Shown here piece after piece: positions 21,614 through 32,786 of a DNA stretch of 33,408 nucleotides. Each line of letters begins with the position of its first letter. Positions within the stretch are counted from its first letter, which is position 1. This DNA comes from Alloascoidea hylecoeti (lineage: Eukaryota). A program made the translations under genes and the position numbers. The notes below the pieces were generated by a model that was given only the letters and a program-made list of their open reading frames with translations, was not told where the DNA came from and did no database searches. The stretch is taken from contig BCKZ01000031.1 in NCBI GenBank assembly GCA_001600815.1, positions 112,625 through 146,032 of the forward strand. Reading direction: 5' to 3'.

Positions 21614-24004
21614 CTTGCAACTGGCTTATCTGTTTAGTGATTGATGAGCAAAACTTATCTCTTTTATAAACTTATTATATATCAAAAATTGAGAAGATTC
21701 ATTATCAGGGATCATTCTTGATTTTCTAATAATAAGAACTTCTATAGTAAAAGTTAATATGTTATACATATATTTGGAGAAGGTCATAAACAACCTTCCC
21801 TGTTGTTTATCGCGGTAGAGAGGTCTGCAAGTTCAAGTAGAACCATACTTTATATCACTATAACCGTACATATGTAATTATAAGAAATTATATTTATTCC
21901 GGATATAAATATGATCTTCTCTTCCGTAAGTTTGTTGCATATATTCTAAGAATTCGGTAACTAGATTTATAGTAACCTTATTCAATTACACCATGCTTAT
22001 ACTTTATGTAACGTCGAGACTACAGTATCTAACAGGCATATTGTGGATAGACAGACCAGTTGCAATCGATTGAAGTTGTAAGTTACTCAGAGTCAGAATA
22101 TATAAATTTATATATACATCGAGAAAGAATCTCGAGAATTTAGAATAACCAAATTAAATATAGAAAAACAGTTCTACTAGGACAATTAAAACATATTGCA
22201 CAAATTGTACTTATAATTTTATGTACATGTAGATCTAACGTGTAAATTTAAAGATTAGAAATGGTGATGGTTTTATTAGAAGCTATTGCAAAATGTAGCG
22301 CTTCAGTTGATCACTATGTATATGACTTCATGATCAGTTGTTAACTTCTTATAGTCAACTATGCATATCATAAGTTCAGGACAATTGCTTTTTTCATGAT
22401 CAAGAAATTTGAATGCAGGGTTCATTTTTATAATCAAATAAAATATATTATAGGTAAAACAGAATATGGCTATAGGAATGAAAGGCTTAACCTTAAGTTT
22501 AATAAGAAGGGGAATCGATTAAAGGTGTAATATATAAAATAGAATATCATAGCTACATTATTTAAATCTAATCAAATTGCAAGTTTAAAAGTTTTTCCAT
22601 AAATGTACCATCGTAGTGTACCTTAAAGAAAGTTTGCAGAACTATCCTTCAGTTACAAAAACAATACATTTTGACGGTAGTCTAGATCTAGATTTTTATA
22701 CTACTACAGTACTACTGGATCTATGACATGTCTATGTAACCGTATTATATTTTATAAACAGGACCGGTCAGAAGGGAACATGCAGATGTATATAACTTAA
22801 ATGCATCGATAACAATAAACCAAGCCAAAGAAGTTCGAAGCTTGTATATTTATTCAGCTACTATTTTGACATCTGCATAACTACAGATAAATTTATTTCA
22901 CAAAACAAGTACCATATAGTTAAGCAAATTGTTTAATTCATTTAAATTTAATACTGTAACACGTAAGCCATGCCTAAGGATATAATTATTTAAGATCCAG
23001 TACTGGATACAGATAATATTACTGGAGGGGGGATATTTGTCATTCTTTTATTTTCAACAGGGTTCAAAGCTATAAGGCAATAAGCTAATTCATTTAGTTT
23101 CAACTATCAATCAGGTTTTATGATTAGATCATGATCTTATATCGTATATTAAGTATCTACCTATATGAAGATGCGTGTTTTTATATGCTATATTTATATC
23201 TATAAAAGTGACTGTTGAGTATTGAAAGGTTTGATTAATTCATTACTATGTAAGAAAATAGGGTTCAGGTAGAATGTCACTTAAGGTTGGAATTTTGCGA
23301 TTGAAATCAAATTATAAATAAATCTTCCAGACTTCTTTATGATTAATAACTATTAACAGCTAATAATAAAAAATTATTCATTGGTATTATAATTAATAAA
23401 GGAGAAAGTTTAAAAATAAGAGCTTATGTAATGGTGATAGGGTAGTGTAACCGTATAATTATAAGCATTATTAATTATTTTTAAAACAAACTATTTTAGA
23501 AGAGAGCTTGCAATTACATGTGGGTGGCAAAGGTATAGTTGCATCTAACAATAAATTTCATACTATATTTGTTTTCCCCGCGGCGGCGGTCCTAATTGTC
23601 TATTCATTGATTGAAATCACAATTGTGTAAATTTTAAACAAATATTTTTCAATTACGGCAATATTCAGCCAATTGCAAATCAATATTTTTCACTTTCCAT
23701 CCATATACTGTGTTACTCTAAACCTTCTCTAGCAATAACTTAACCATGCGTATAGACATTACAGTAATGAGGTGCAACAGTTTGCAATTGATGTCAGAAA
23801 CATTACTGAGTTCCTATAGCTAATATCAGCTATGCTATATACCTTCTTTAGTCATCAATTATTTAAAAAAAAATTATTACAGAAATAATAAGTTCAGAAG
23901 TGCTCTAAACCTAATATATATTGTAGTGAGGTATGAATTATGAATTTCTTTCCGATAAATTACATGCTATTGGCTAAGGTAAGCATATAAGCTTTTTTCT
24001 CATA

Positions 24005-24076
24005 ATGCTCTTTGGCATTTATCTTCTTATTTACAATGGGGGGATTATCAGGAGTAGTAATACTATAGTATTAGCC
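24005..24076 (+). pseudogene. Nuclear mitochondrial DNA fragment (NUMT) of cox1
   Basis: 24015-24059 translates to AFIFLFTMGGLSGVV, the conserved Cox1 segment FLFT(M/I)GGL(T/S)GV. It is flanked by out-of-frame MLF and LA remnants. Confidence 0.8.
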
Positions 24077-25718
24077 ATCTATAACTACACCTAAATTACC
24101 CAATATACTGAAATGTTCATTATATTGAATCATTATTATTGATGATCATTGATTTACGGTATAATTTTCCGATGTGCCGATACTTTGACAGGCATGTCTC
24201 AGCCGGGTGTTCATATTTACGCAGCACTTGAAGTTTTCAGTAGTATAATTCATCACTAGTAAGACCGCCTGCAACCAAAACATTGGGTTGCATAATTGCA
24301 ATTTGCAACGAAATAAACAAAAAAAGAAAAGAGAAAATGACTGATGGTTAATAGTTTAATTGTGGATAGGAGATCTAGAGAATGAAGAGCGCAAGAGATA
24401 AAGATTATCCCTGCTTCCGACTTTACACCGGTTGCAATTAGCATAATTTAGCTGTATGCTCGGGAAAATAAATGCCTCTGGAGGTTTCCGGCTATATTAT
24501 TATTTCATCATCAGTTAATACTATAGACTATTGATCATTCTCTCTATATGTATTAACTGAGTTCAATGATTTGTTCAAGTTCAAACAATGGCTTTGGTTT
24601 AATTTAAATTTTGTAAAATATTGTGAGTTGTGTAATCTTATTTTTTCTTCCTTGGAGGTAGAAGATGATAGCAAAGAAGCTCATCTTAACGCTAACTCAT
24701 CGCAGCATCTTATTAACTATTTTTACTATCTGCACTGATTCTGCAGCCTAATACTGGTATATTTACAACATTATTAAATAGAATAAACCATGTTTAAATG
24801 AAGAATATAATAATGGTTTAATTATATAAAAAAAAATATTAATATAATACATAAGTTGCATCTAAGAAATGTTTAAATTATCCATGGTTCATGACTAACC
24901 GATTCTCAACAAAAAAAAGGAGGTAAAGCTCGGCTTTTGTTACAATTAATAATGAACAAGGTTACACAGAGTGGAGTACATCATCTTCAAGACTTCAACC
25001 ATATTTAATGCAAAAAACAAATATTCTACTACTCGATTGAGATCTGGTATGTCTTTTTACAAACATGCTATGAAAATAATAAGAGAATTTTAAAGGGATC
25101 CTAAAATATAAATGGTCTGATTTATATGAATATGTACATGTAATATAATTTGCGTATCGTTTTGATATAGAGTACTAAGAGAAGTGTGAGAGAAGTGTAA
25201 GTTCCATTGTAGGAGCATCGATTCTTAACTTTAGAGCTACATAACATTTAGAATTAACTATTTCGGGTATTTGTATCACATAACATTTGAGTCTCTAACA
25301 CTGTTTCCTTTTAGTTTGGCCACCATTTGAAGTAAAAATTCGTCCATGTTCATGAATATTTACTTATGAATACTTAGCGGATATATTTTTTCAATTGACC
25401 GATGATTACCCACAAAATGGACAACTATTTAGTATAAATAATGGTCTTAATTAAGTGGAAATACTCATATAGATCACCATCGAACTAAAGAGCTTGAGGT
25501 CAAAATAAATTTAAAATAGATGTAACAATAAGCCATGCATAAAAAACTTTGTAATATTGAAGTGCTATCTATAGCTACTAAATATTAAATCAAGTATATT
25601 CGGAAATTTACTGTACTGCTGTAATCATAACTACCATTAATTAACTAACAGTTACCGGCTGATGGAACTCATAGCTACATAGTTACACGGTATCTACAGC
25701 TGAAATGGTATGTCATAT

Positions 25719-26557
25719 AGACATGTGACCCTTTTCGATTGGCGTAGTCCCGTGGGATACCCTCTGAAAAGGCCGATACTAGGATGAAATCTAGGCTCAA
25801 AAGCCCGAAACCAAAAACGAAACCTAGGAAACCCCATACATACACGTGGGGGGAACTAGGTTACTGTTACACCAGTTGCAAGTAGTCAGGAAGACAGGAG
25901 AAAACTTCTAAGGGAAGGAATGACGAAATATACCTAGACAAAGTATCGAAATATGTCTCTTATTTGAACGAATATTACCCTCCACCAAGTGGTGAACATA
26001 TATCAAGATTTTGTTGACTAAATATAAGTGCGAGCGTATTCCCCAAAAGATGGCGAATCTATGCTCTGACAAGGGTCGAATAGTGTGACGTCTTATATCT
26101 CAGGAGCGTGGCGAATATCAAGTCACCAAAGGGTGGCAACCCTGGAACTGATTAATACATTTCAGTGTACCGAAACTATGTAATACTAAAGTGACGAAAC
26201 TGTCCTCTGAGTGGCGAATTCACAACGGAAGAACTGTATTATACAGTAAAGTTACCCTAGTAATTTTATAACTACATAATCAACAAATGGGGGAGTGTTC
26301 AAGAAGAATCTGATTAATTGATCGTGACCTTTGGAAGCCGGGAATATTGACCGGGAATATTGGACCAAAGAGGTTAGTTTGGATTGGTGAGCGTCGTGAG
26401 GGCTATAATAAAATGTGCACGACGCTGCACGTGCTAGCTAAGTGGGAGCAACATCATCCAGACCCCAAAATCAAAACGAGATTGCCTAAAATTTGGCTTC
26501 CCTGAACCAAGTTTCGGGTGGGTTTCATTTGAAAATTTCAAGAAAAGTTTCCCGAAC
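25719..26557 (+). ncRNA. Candidate large structured non-coding RNA or structured mobile-element relic (unassigned)
   Basis: GC-elevated island in an AT-rich gap with no convincing ORF. It has more than ten short helices, several with G-U pairs on the + strand, purine-rich linkers and four RUGGYGAA hairpin modules. Confidence 0.55.
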
Positions 26558-27210
26558 GCATTTCCAATAGGATATCTTCTGGATCTTTGAAAATTAAGAT
26601 GGAATCTATTTTCAATACTGCGAGTCTTCTGAAAACTGATTGTTTCTATAGGTTGATGATAATTGGCATCTTTCAAGTTATTTTATTTTAATGCTTATCA
26701 TGCTATGATCATAGATAACAAAGTGGCCATGGTCTATGGACACTATAGCCATTTACTTTTAACACACCTGGAATATGCGATGAGATACATTGTTTTATAT
26801 ATGTGTGTATTTAATATCAATTTTCAATCACAAGCATCAATATTACTTTATTTAACATTTAAACTTTTTTCTCTTTTGGCTTTATATGATCATATTAGCA
26901 TGATATACCAGGTAGCTAAAGCGTAGGTTCACCATTTAAAATACAGTTATATGATTCTATTGCAATACAATATTAATTAGACCACAAATTACATAATACA
27001 TATTAACTAAACTTTTATTATAAATGTATTTGAAAGTTAATTATACAAAAATAAAGTAAGGTAGCAAAAGGAACAAGACAACAAACTTAGGAAAAAACAT
27101 TAAAACAATTATATTAAGTTATTCAACAAATAAATAGAAGAACATTATTATTATTTAGATCAAATACCCAATGTTATAAATTCATTTCATAAAGTCAGAC
27201 ATTTCAAGTA

Positions 27211-28671
27211 TTATTCTTCCTTTTCAGAAGGAGTACTAGCTTGTTGGGAATTATCATTAACTGCTTGTCCTTCAAGGTCAACAGGACCAGATGGAGCAGT
27301 TCTCGATTTCAAAGGACCAAAATCTATCAGACCATCATCAGTTTGAAACGTAAACTCACCAATTTGTACAAGATCAGTACCCAATTGTTCATCATTTTCA
27401 TCAAGTCTTAGTTTCAAAAATGGTATTCTATCCATTATATACAATATAATTGATGATACAACAAATGACCATAATAAAGTTGAAGTTGCAGCAGCCAATT
27501 GATAACCTAACTGTTTATAATGATGATTTAACCATCCACCATCAATCTCCGTTGCGCCATCCAATGCTGCTATATAATCAGCAGAGAATAACCCAGTCAA
27601 CACTGAGCCAATAAATCCCCCAACACCATGAAGAGCGAAGACATCCATACCATCGTCGATTTTTATAATATCCTTTAAATCGACGGCAAAATTACAGCCA
27701 ATTCCAGTTATTGCTCCGATTGGCACAGCAAAATAAACAGGAACAAAACCAGCAGCTGGAGTGATACCAACAAGTCCTGCAACAATACCACAACAAAGAC
27801 CAACAACAGACCATCTTCTTGTTCTTATATAATCGACAAACATCCAAGTTAATCCAGCACAAGCAGCAGCCAAATTTGTATTTACAGCAGCATAAAATCC
27901 TCTAATTGTTGCATTACCAGATGAGCCTCCATTAAATCCAAACCACCCGAACCACAAAAATACAGTACCAAATACAATTGAGGTTACTGAATGCGGTTTA
28001 TATTTTGGCATACCGGCCTGGGTAGTTGGATCTTTTCTTTTCCCTAAAACTAAAGCATAAGCCAGCGCACCTGCACCGCTTGCCATATGCACAGGACCAC
28101 CACCAGCAAAGTCCAAGGAACCCAGTTTAGCCAGCCAGCCATTTGCATTCCAAGTCCATTCAGCAATTGGACAATATACAACGGTCAGCCAAATGAACAG
28201 AAAAACCATCATTGGGCCTAATCTTGCTCTTTCGCTCGCACCACCAACCATTAAAATCCCTGTAACGGCCGCAAACATGCCTTGAAAAAAACAAAAAACA
28301 ATATCAGGCACACGACTTGAACCAACAGAAGGAGCACCTAAAACATCCATAAGACAAAAGTTTTTCATAGTTCCTAGAAAATTGCTTGCATCATGGGCAA
28401 AAACTAGAGTGTAACCCCAGAAAAACCACTGGAAGGATACCAAGGAACAAGTCATCATTGAAGCCCATAACAGGGATAAAGCGTGCCTTTTCCTTGCCAT
28501 ACCACTATATAAGAGGCCGATTCCTGGTATCATAATCCAAACAAGAACACCAGATGTCATAACCCAAACCAAATCAGCCAAATCATATCGTTCGTTCAAA
28601 TCAACAGTGAGAGAATCGCCACCTGTTCCTGTATCAGTTAGACCGGAAGGTAATGCTGTTGCTTCCGACAT
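27211..28671 (-). CDS. MEP2: Ammonium permease, Mep2-type (twin-His), 486 aa
   Basis: GTGGDSLTVDLN N-terminus, DFAGGGPVH (first His retained as in Mep2), FLWFGWFGFNGGS and DVFALHG (second His). Confidence 0.9.
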   Translation of the reverse strand: MSEATALPSGLTDTGTGGDSLTVDLNERYDLADLVWVMTSGVLVWIMIPGIGLLYSGMARKRHALSLLWASMMTCSLVSFQWFFWGYTLVFAHDASNFLGTMKNFCLMDVLGAPSVGSSRVPDIVFCFFQGMFAAVTGILMVGGASERARLGPMMVFLFIWLTVVYCPIAEWTWNANGWLAKLGSLDFAGGGPVHMASGAGALAYALVLGKRKDPTTQAGMPKYKPHSVTSIVFGTVFLWFGWFGFNGGSSGNATIRGFYAAVNTNLAAACAGLTWMFVDYIRTRRWSVVGLCCGIVAGLVGITPAAGFVPVYFAVPIGAITGIGCNFAVDLKDIIKIDDGMDVFALHGVGGFIGSVLTGLFSADYIAALDGATEIDGGWLNHHYKQLGYQLAAATSTLLWSFVVSSIILYIMDRIPFLKLRLDENDEQLGTDLVQIGEFTFQTDDGLIDFGPLKSRTAPSGPVDLEGQAVNDNSQQASTPSEKEE

Positions 28672-28868
28672 AATTCTATGTTTATGGTATGTGAGAGTAT
28701 TATCCTACAAATCAAACGAGGGAAACACTAGAAGGTCAAGGGAAATTGGCAAGTATTTATATTCTGTATTTAAACAAACAACATACAAGGTTTTAATTTT
28801 TATTTTTCATATTGTTAATTGTCAATTGTCAATCGTAAATCTTTTGCGACAGCCAATCGCATGTTTCA

Positions 28869-28894
28869 GATAAGATAATGCATATACTGATAAC
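28869..28894 (+). promoter_or_regulatory. GATA-factor (nitrogen catabolite repression) site cluster upstream of MEP2
   Basis: GATAAG, GATAAT and GATAAC within 26 bp, about 200 bp upstream of the MEP2 ATG. Consistent with Gln3/Gat1 control of MEP genes. Confidence 0.6.
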
Positions 28895-31800
28895 GAAAAA
28901 CCTTTTTCCAATTTTTTAGTCGGTTATTGTTTATTTCTTCCATGAATACCGGACGATCCCCTTTATTTGAAGTCTTAATATTAATGATGTTTTTCCATCT
29001 TAAGAAGGACCCTGGTCCCTGAGTAATTCTTTAAGCTTACGATTCCAATAGTCCTGTAATGGAATGTGCTTTATCTCTACGTATACGGTTTCTATTTTTT
29101 GGGCAACTTCTCCTCATACGAAGCATCCACCTGTAATTATATATTACTTACAAATAATGATAACGTGTATATTTTGGCTACATCTCATGATTTGATCCAA
29201 TCGGTGGTTTTAACTGGTTTAGCTTCGATAGTAGGGCTTGGCGCTTTTTTCCCTACCTTTAGACTTCTAAAAGTTCGCCAATTGAATTTAGGTGTCGATA
29301 ATTAGACTTAAGTCACCCTTAATTACACGATTCATCACACTTCCAAACAGACTTAAATTGCAATTAATAATGATAACTTGATAATATATGCTTAGGTATG
29401 ATGGCCGATGGCCGATCAAATCTATGTAAGGCCTTATAAAAGGCTTATATGCATTCTCCCTCAAGCACATCCTAAACAAAAATACATTCTAAATTATAAA
29501 TATAATTGGTTTGGGATCCATTTTACAGAATGAACTTTCCTATATTTTTAACTTCTAATATATTTAGAAATCTCATAAGCTTAAAAACACCTCGGCGTCC
29601 ATATATTAAATACTCCAATCACAACCACTTCTCAGCAACTTTACTATTAATTGCTACGTAACTAAAATAAGGAAATACAGCAGTTAAACTGCCTCTTTAT
29701 GTTATATTCAAATTTGCAGCTACCAAATATTAATAGCAGTAGATCAAAAAATGAATCATAAATGTCATATTTCTAGATAAATTGCCGGAAGGTGATCCAT
29801 CAATCATGCTTTAATTGGGCAGTTTATTATATAACTTTTGGTTTCGCTCTAATTATTACCGTAATAGGCAAATTATTAATAGAATTACATATACAATTGT
29901 GAATTGTGGTATAATATGAAATTAATATTAATATAACTTTATAAGTTTGTAGGTTTGTTAATTAATGTTTCACAAGTAATGCAGAAAAATGACTAATATA
30001 TTTCTTGTCTATAATTAGCAAACACCATTTAAGCTTAATGTGGGCTGAACCCAAATATCTCACCCAGCTGCTCTTGTCACGACCATGGAGATTTAAATGG
30101 TATTTACTAAAACCTTTGTATTTGGAAGAACACAAAATCTCGGTTTCCCTCAGTTGCCATAGTACACCGAGTCATTTAAACACAGTGTAATCGATACGAA
30201 ACTTTATACTGTGTAAAGGCATATTAATATGCCATTTTAGTTTTAAAGTATAGTGTGTCATTGTTCCTGACAAGTTCAGGTATTCTGACATCTCAAACGC
30301 CAGAAAAAGTGCTTGCAAAAACTGTTGGATAGTACCACTTTTAGAACGTTCCCAAAAAGAAGTCGATTGGCTTTTTGGCGTAACTGGGGCAATCAGGCAC
30401 TTAGAACTTTATTAAAAACAACCACCAACCCTCACATCACCACTAGCTACATATTCCACAGATAAATTAATCATCCTATATACATTATCCTGGCATATTT
30501 GTGCCTGTTGTTTTGTTTTCGGTTCAAGGTTGGAGAGTTTCCTCTTCATTTTTATCCTGTTTTTGATCATGTGTTACTTCAGTGTAGCAGGATTCCTTGA
30601 GCATTTTTGCCTTGTCTTACATACCCTTACTTGATTGTTGATTTTGCTTTCCAAGAGCTCGGGGGTGTTTAAGGGTGATGATTGAAGTGATTGTTGATCG
30701 CTCATTGTGAACTCGAAATCTAGCGTAGGTCTCCACATATTGTAAATTTTCAGCTCGATCTCGTTTTCGATAAAATTCTTTCGATTCATCTTTGTTGGCA
30801 TAATATCTTTTGAACTCTTGATCGAGATTAGGCACGTTTCCGGTCGATCTACAAAATGAGACTTCCCCTCCATACTCTGATCAAACGGTCAAATCCCAGT
30901 CTCCCTGAACCCTTAAATATATTATAATAGAAGTAGAAGAAGTGCCTTTTCATCACATTCAAGAATGAGCATAATGATATTGAGCCATTAGGGACCCAGT
31001 GCTTTTAAGTTTGTACCATCTTTTGGGGTCTGAGGGAACGATTACTTCCAATACCTTAGTTTTTTGATAGTCATCGCTTGAGAAAGTTAACCACCTAATT
31101 ATCACTCACATAATGACCGGTGTACGTAGAATCGATATTGGTTGGCTTTTGGTAATGGTGGTTGTATAATAAAGTTGCATAATAGTCATTCGATCAACTC
31201 TACTTGGCGTTAGTTAATTACAAAGTTTGGAACGCTTCTTTAGCTGCGGATCTGGATGTCTATTACTGATATATGATAAATGAGCCAACCCTATGTGACA
31301 AGTATAACAGATATGACTGATTGTATTCCTGGGAATGTCTGGAAGTCTAGGGAGGTGTTAACGTTGGTTTTAATAGATTTCCATCTATTTTTTTTCTTTT
31401 TTTTCTTTTTTTGAACTTGTCACTATCATGGGTGATTCCATTTCACTCCATGATTATTCTTAAACCAAAAAATGTTCAGAATTCATGTTGTAAAGATGTC
31501 AGAGATGAGGAGGGGTTCCATGCTCAAAACGTGGTTACAAGATCAGGAACACATCCCGCTCGAGAATAAAAAGAGTCCAATCTAAGAAACAAATGGCATA
31601 AAAGGTGAATTACCACTTCATAAATCCTCGAATTAAAAACACTCTCGGTTATTGACAGAGTTTGTGGTGCAGTGGAGAAAGATAGTTGAGACTCATGTAA
31701 TGGGCTGGTGGACGTATAGAGGGCACTTTACTAACATATACCGATCAGTAGTGATCTAACTGAAAATAAGCTGAAGCCTTTGGAAAGGAGCCTAACTTGC

Positions 31801-32786
31801 GTATCGGCAATAGTTGGGATTGCTCCTTGTCTTGTATGAAGGTCCAGTAAAGAAAATAAAACCAATTTCAAAGCCCAGAAATCCTGCTAATGCAGCTCTA
31901 CGAGAAGAGTCGGTATAGTAATAGATCTAGAGTATCTGAGGAATGAATTACCTGATGCTACACTTGATACTAAGTGAAAAAGCATAGGAACATATTTTTC
32001 GAATTTTTTTCGAATTTTGAAAAGTGTGGCTTGATTTCGCTCGGCTCGCCATGGCTGAGGAATCTACACTCTTTGGGATCTTTTTTTTTTATTCTTATTC
32101 CATCGGAGCTATAAAAAGCTTATAAATTAGTATATTGAGAAAGTGAATTTTTAAAATATATCAACAATTTATTTCTTGATTGAATCTAGATATAAATTCG
32201 AGAATCGTTAATCCCAGTATGTCCAAATCATCAAAAACACCAGCCGTTTAAATTTTGCTTCGCGGGGATCAACTTTTAACACTCAATAACTTGTACCAGT
32301 AAGCTTATACTTATTTAATTTTCGATTAGAAAGTACAAGTATACCACACTCGCACTACCAACATTACATGAATCTTACGTTTGACCCCAATCATCAATTG
32401 GATTTTGGAACTACTCCATCTACAATTAACCATACTTAATGAATAAGATATAAAACTGAAAATTCTCCGCTACTTTAATTTAACATACTGTATACAAACT
32501 TTACAAACGTCAGTATAAAATAAATCCAAGAATGTCTAAATAAAGATGATATTAAAAAACACCTAATTATAAAGGAAATAAATGCTAAAAAACAATAATA
32601 ATAAATTTTAAAAATTATCAAAATTTTCTTATTATAAAATGCTATAAAATATAGAAAATAATTTACTTTCTCCCCTGTTACAAATTAACAATTTAATGCG
32701 TAGAAAAATAAGAGTTAAAAATTACTATGAATATGTATAAAATAAATATAATCCACAAAAATGTTATTTATGCGGCTTTAAATTTT

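Noticed and set aside
22681..23008. Short palindromes (TCTAGATCTAGA, ATCCAGTACTGGAT) and the recurrent TAGCTAC word in intergenic DNA
   Set aside because: Too short and dispersed to separate from genome-wide k-mer bias without statistics.
25764..25811. Hammerhead ribozyme-like CTGA...CGAAAC
   Set aside because: The core reads CUGAAAA instead of CUGANGA, and I could not build stems I and III with a cleavage triplet.
25976..26223. HDV-like ribozymes suggested by GGCGAAT (J4/2-like) and CCTCC (L3-like)
   Set aside because: The modules are only about 35-45 nt and I could not build the P1/P1.1/P2 double pseudoknot. Kept only as an unassigned motif.
25719..26557. Telomerase RNA, RNase P/MRP, snRNA or group I/II intron identity for the structured island
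   Set aside because: I found no clear Sm site, CR-I/CR-V, P/Q/R/S or domain V motifs. Telomerase RNA cannot be fully excluded without knowing the telomere repeat.
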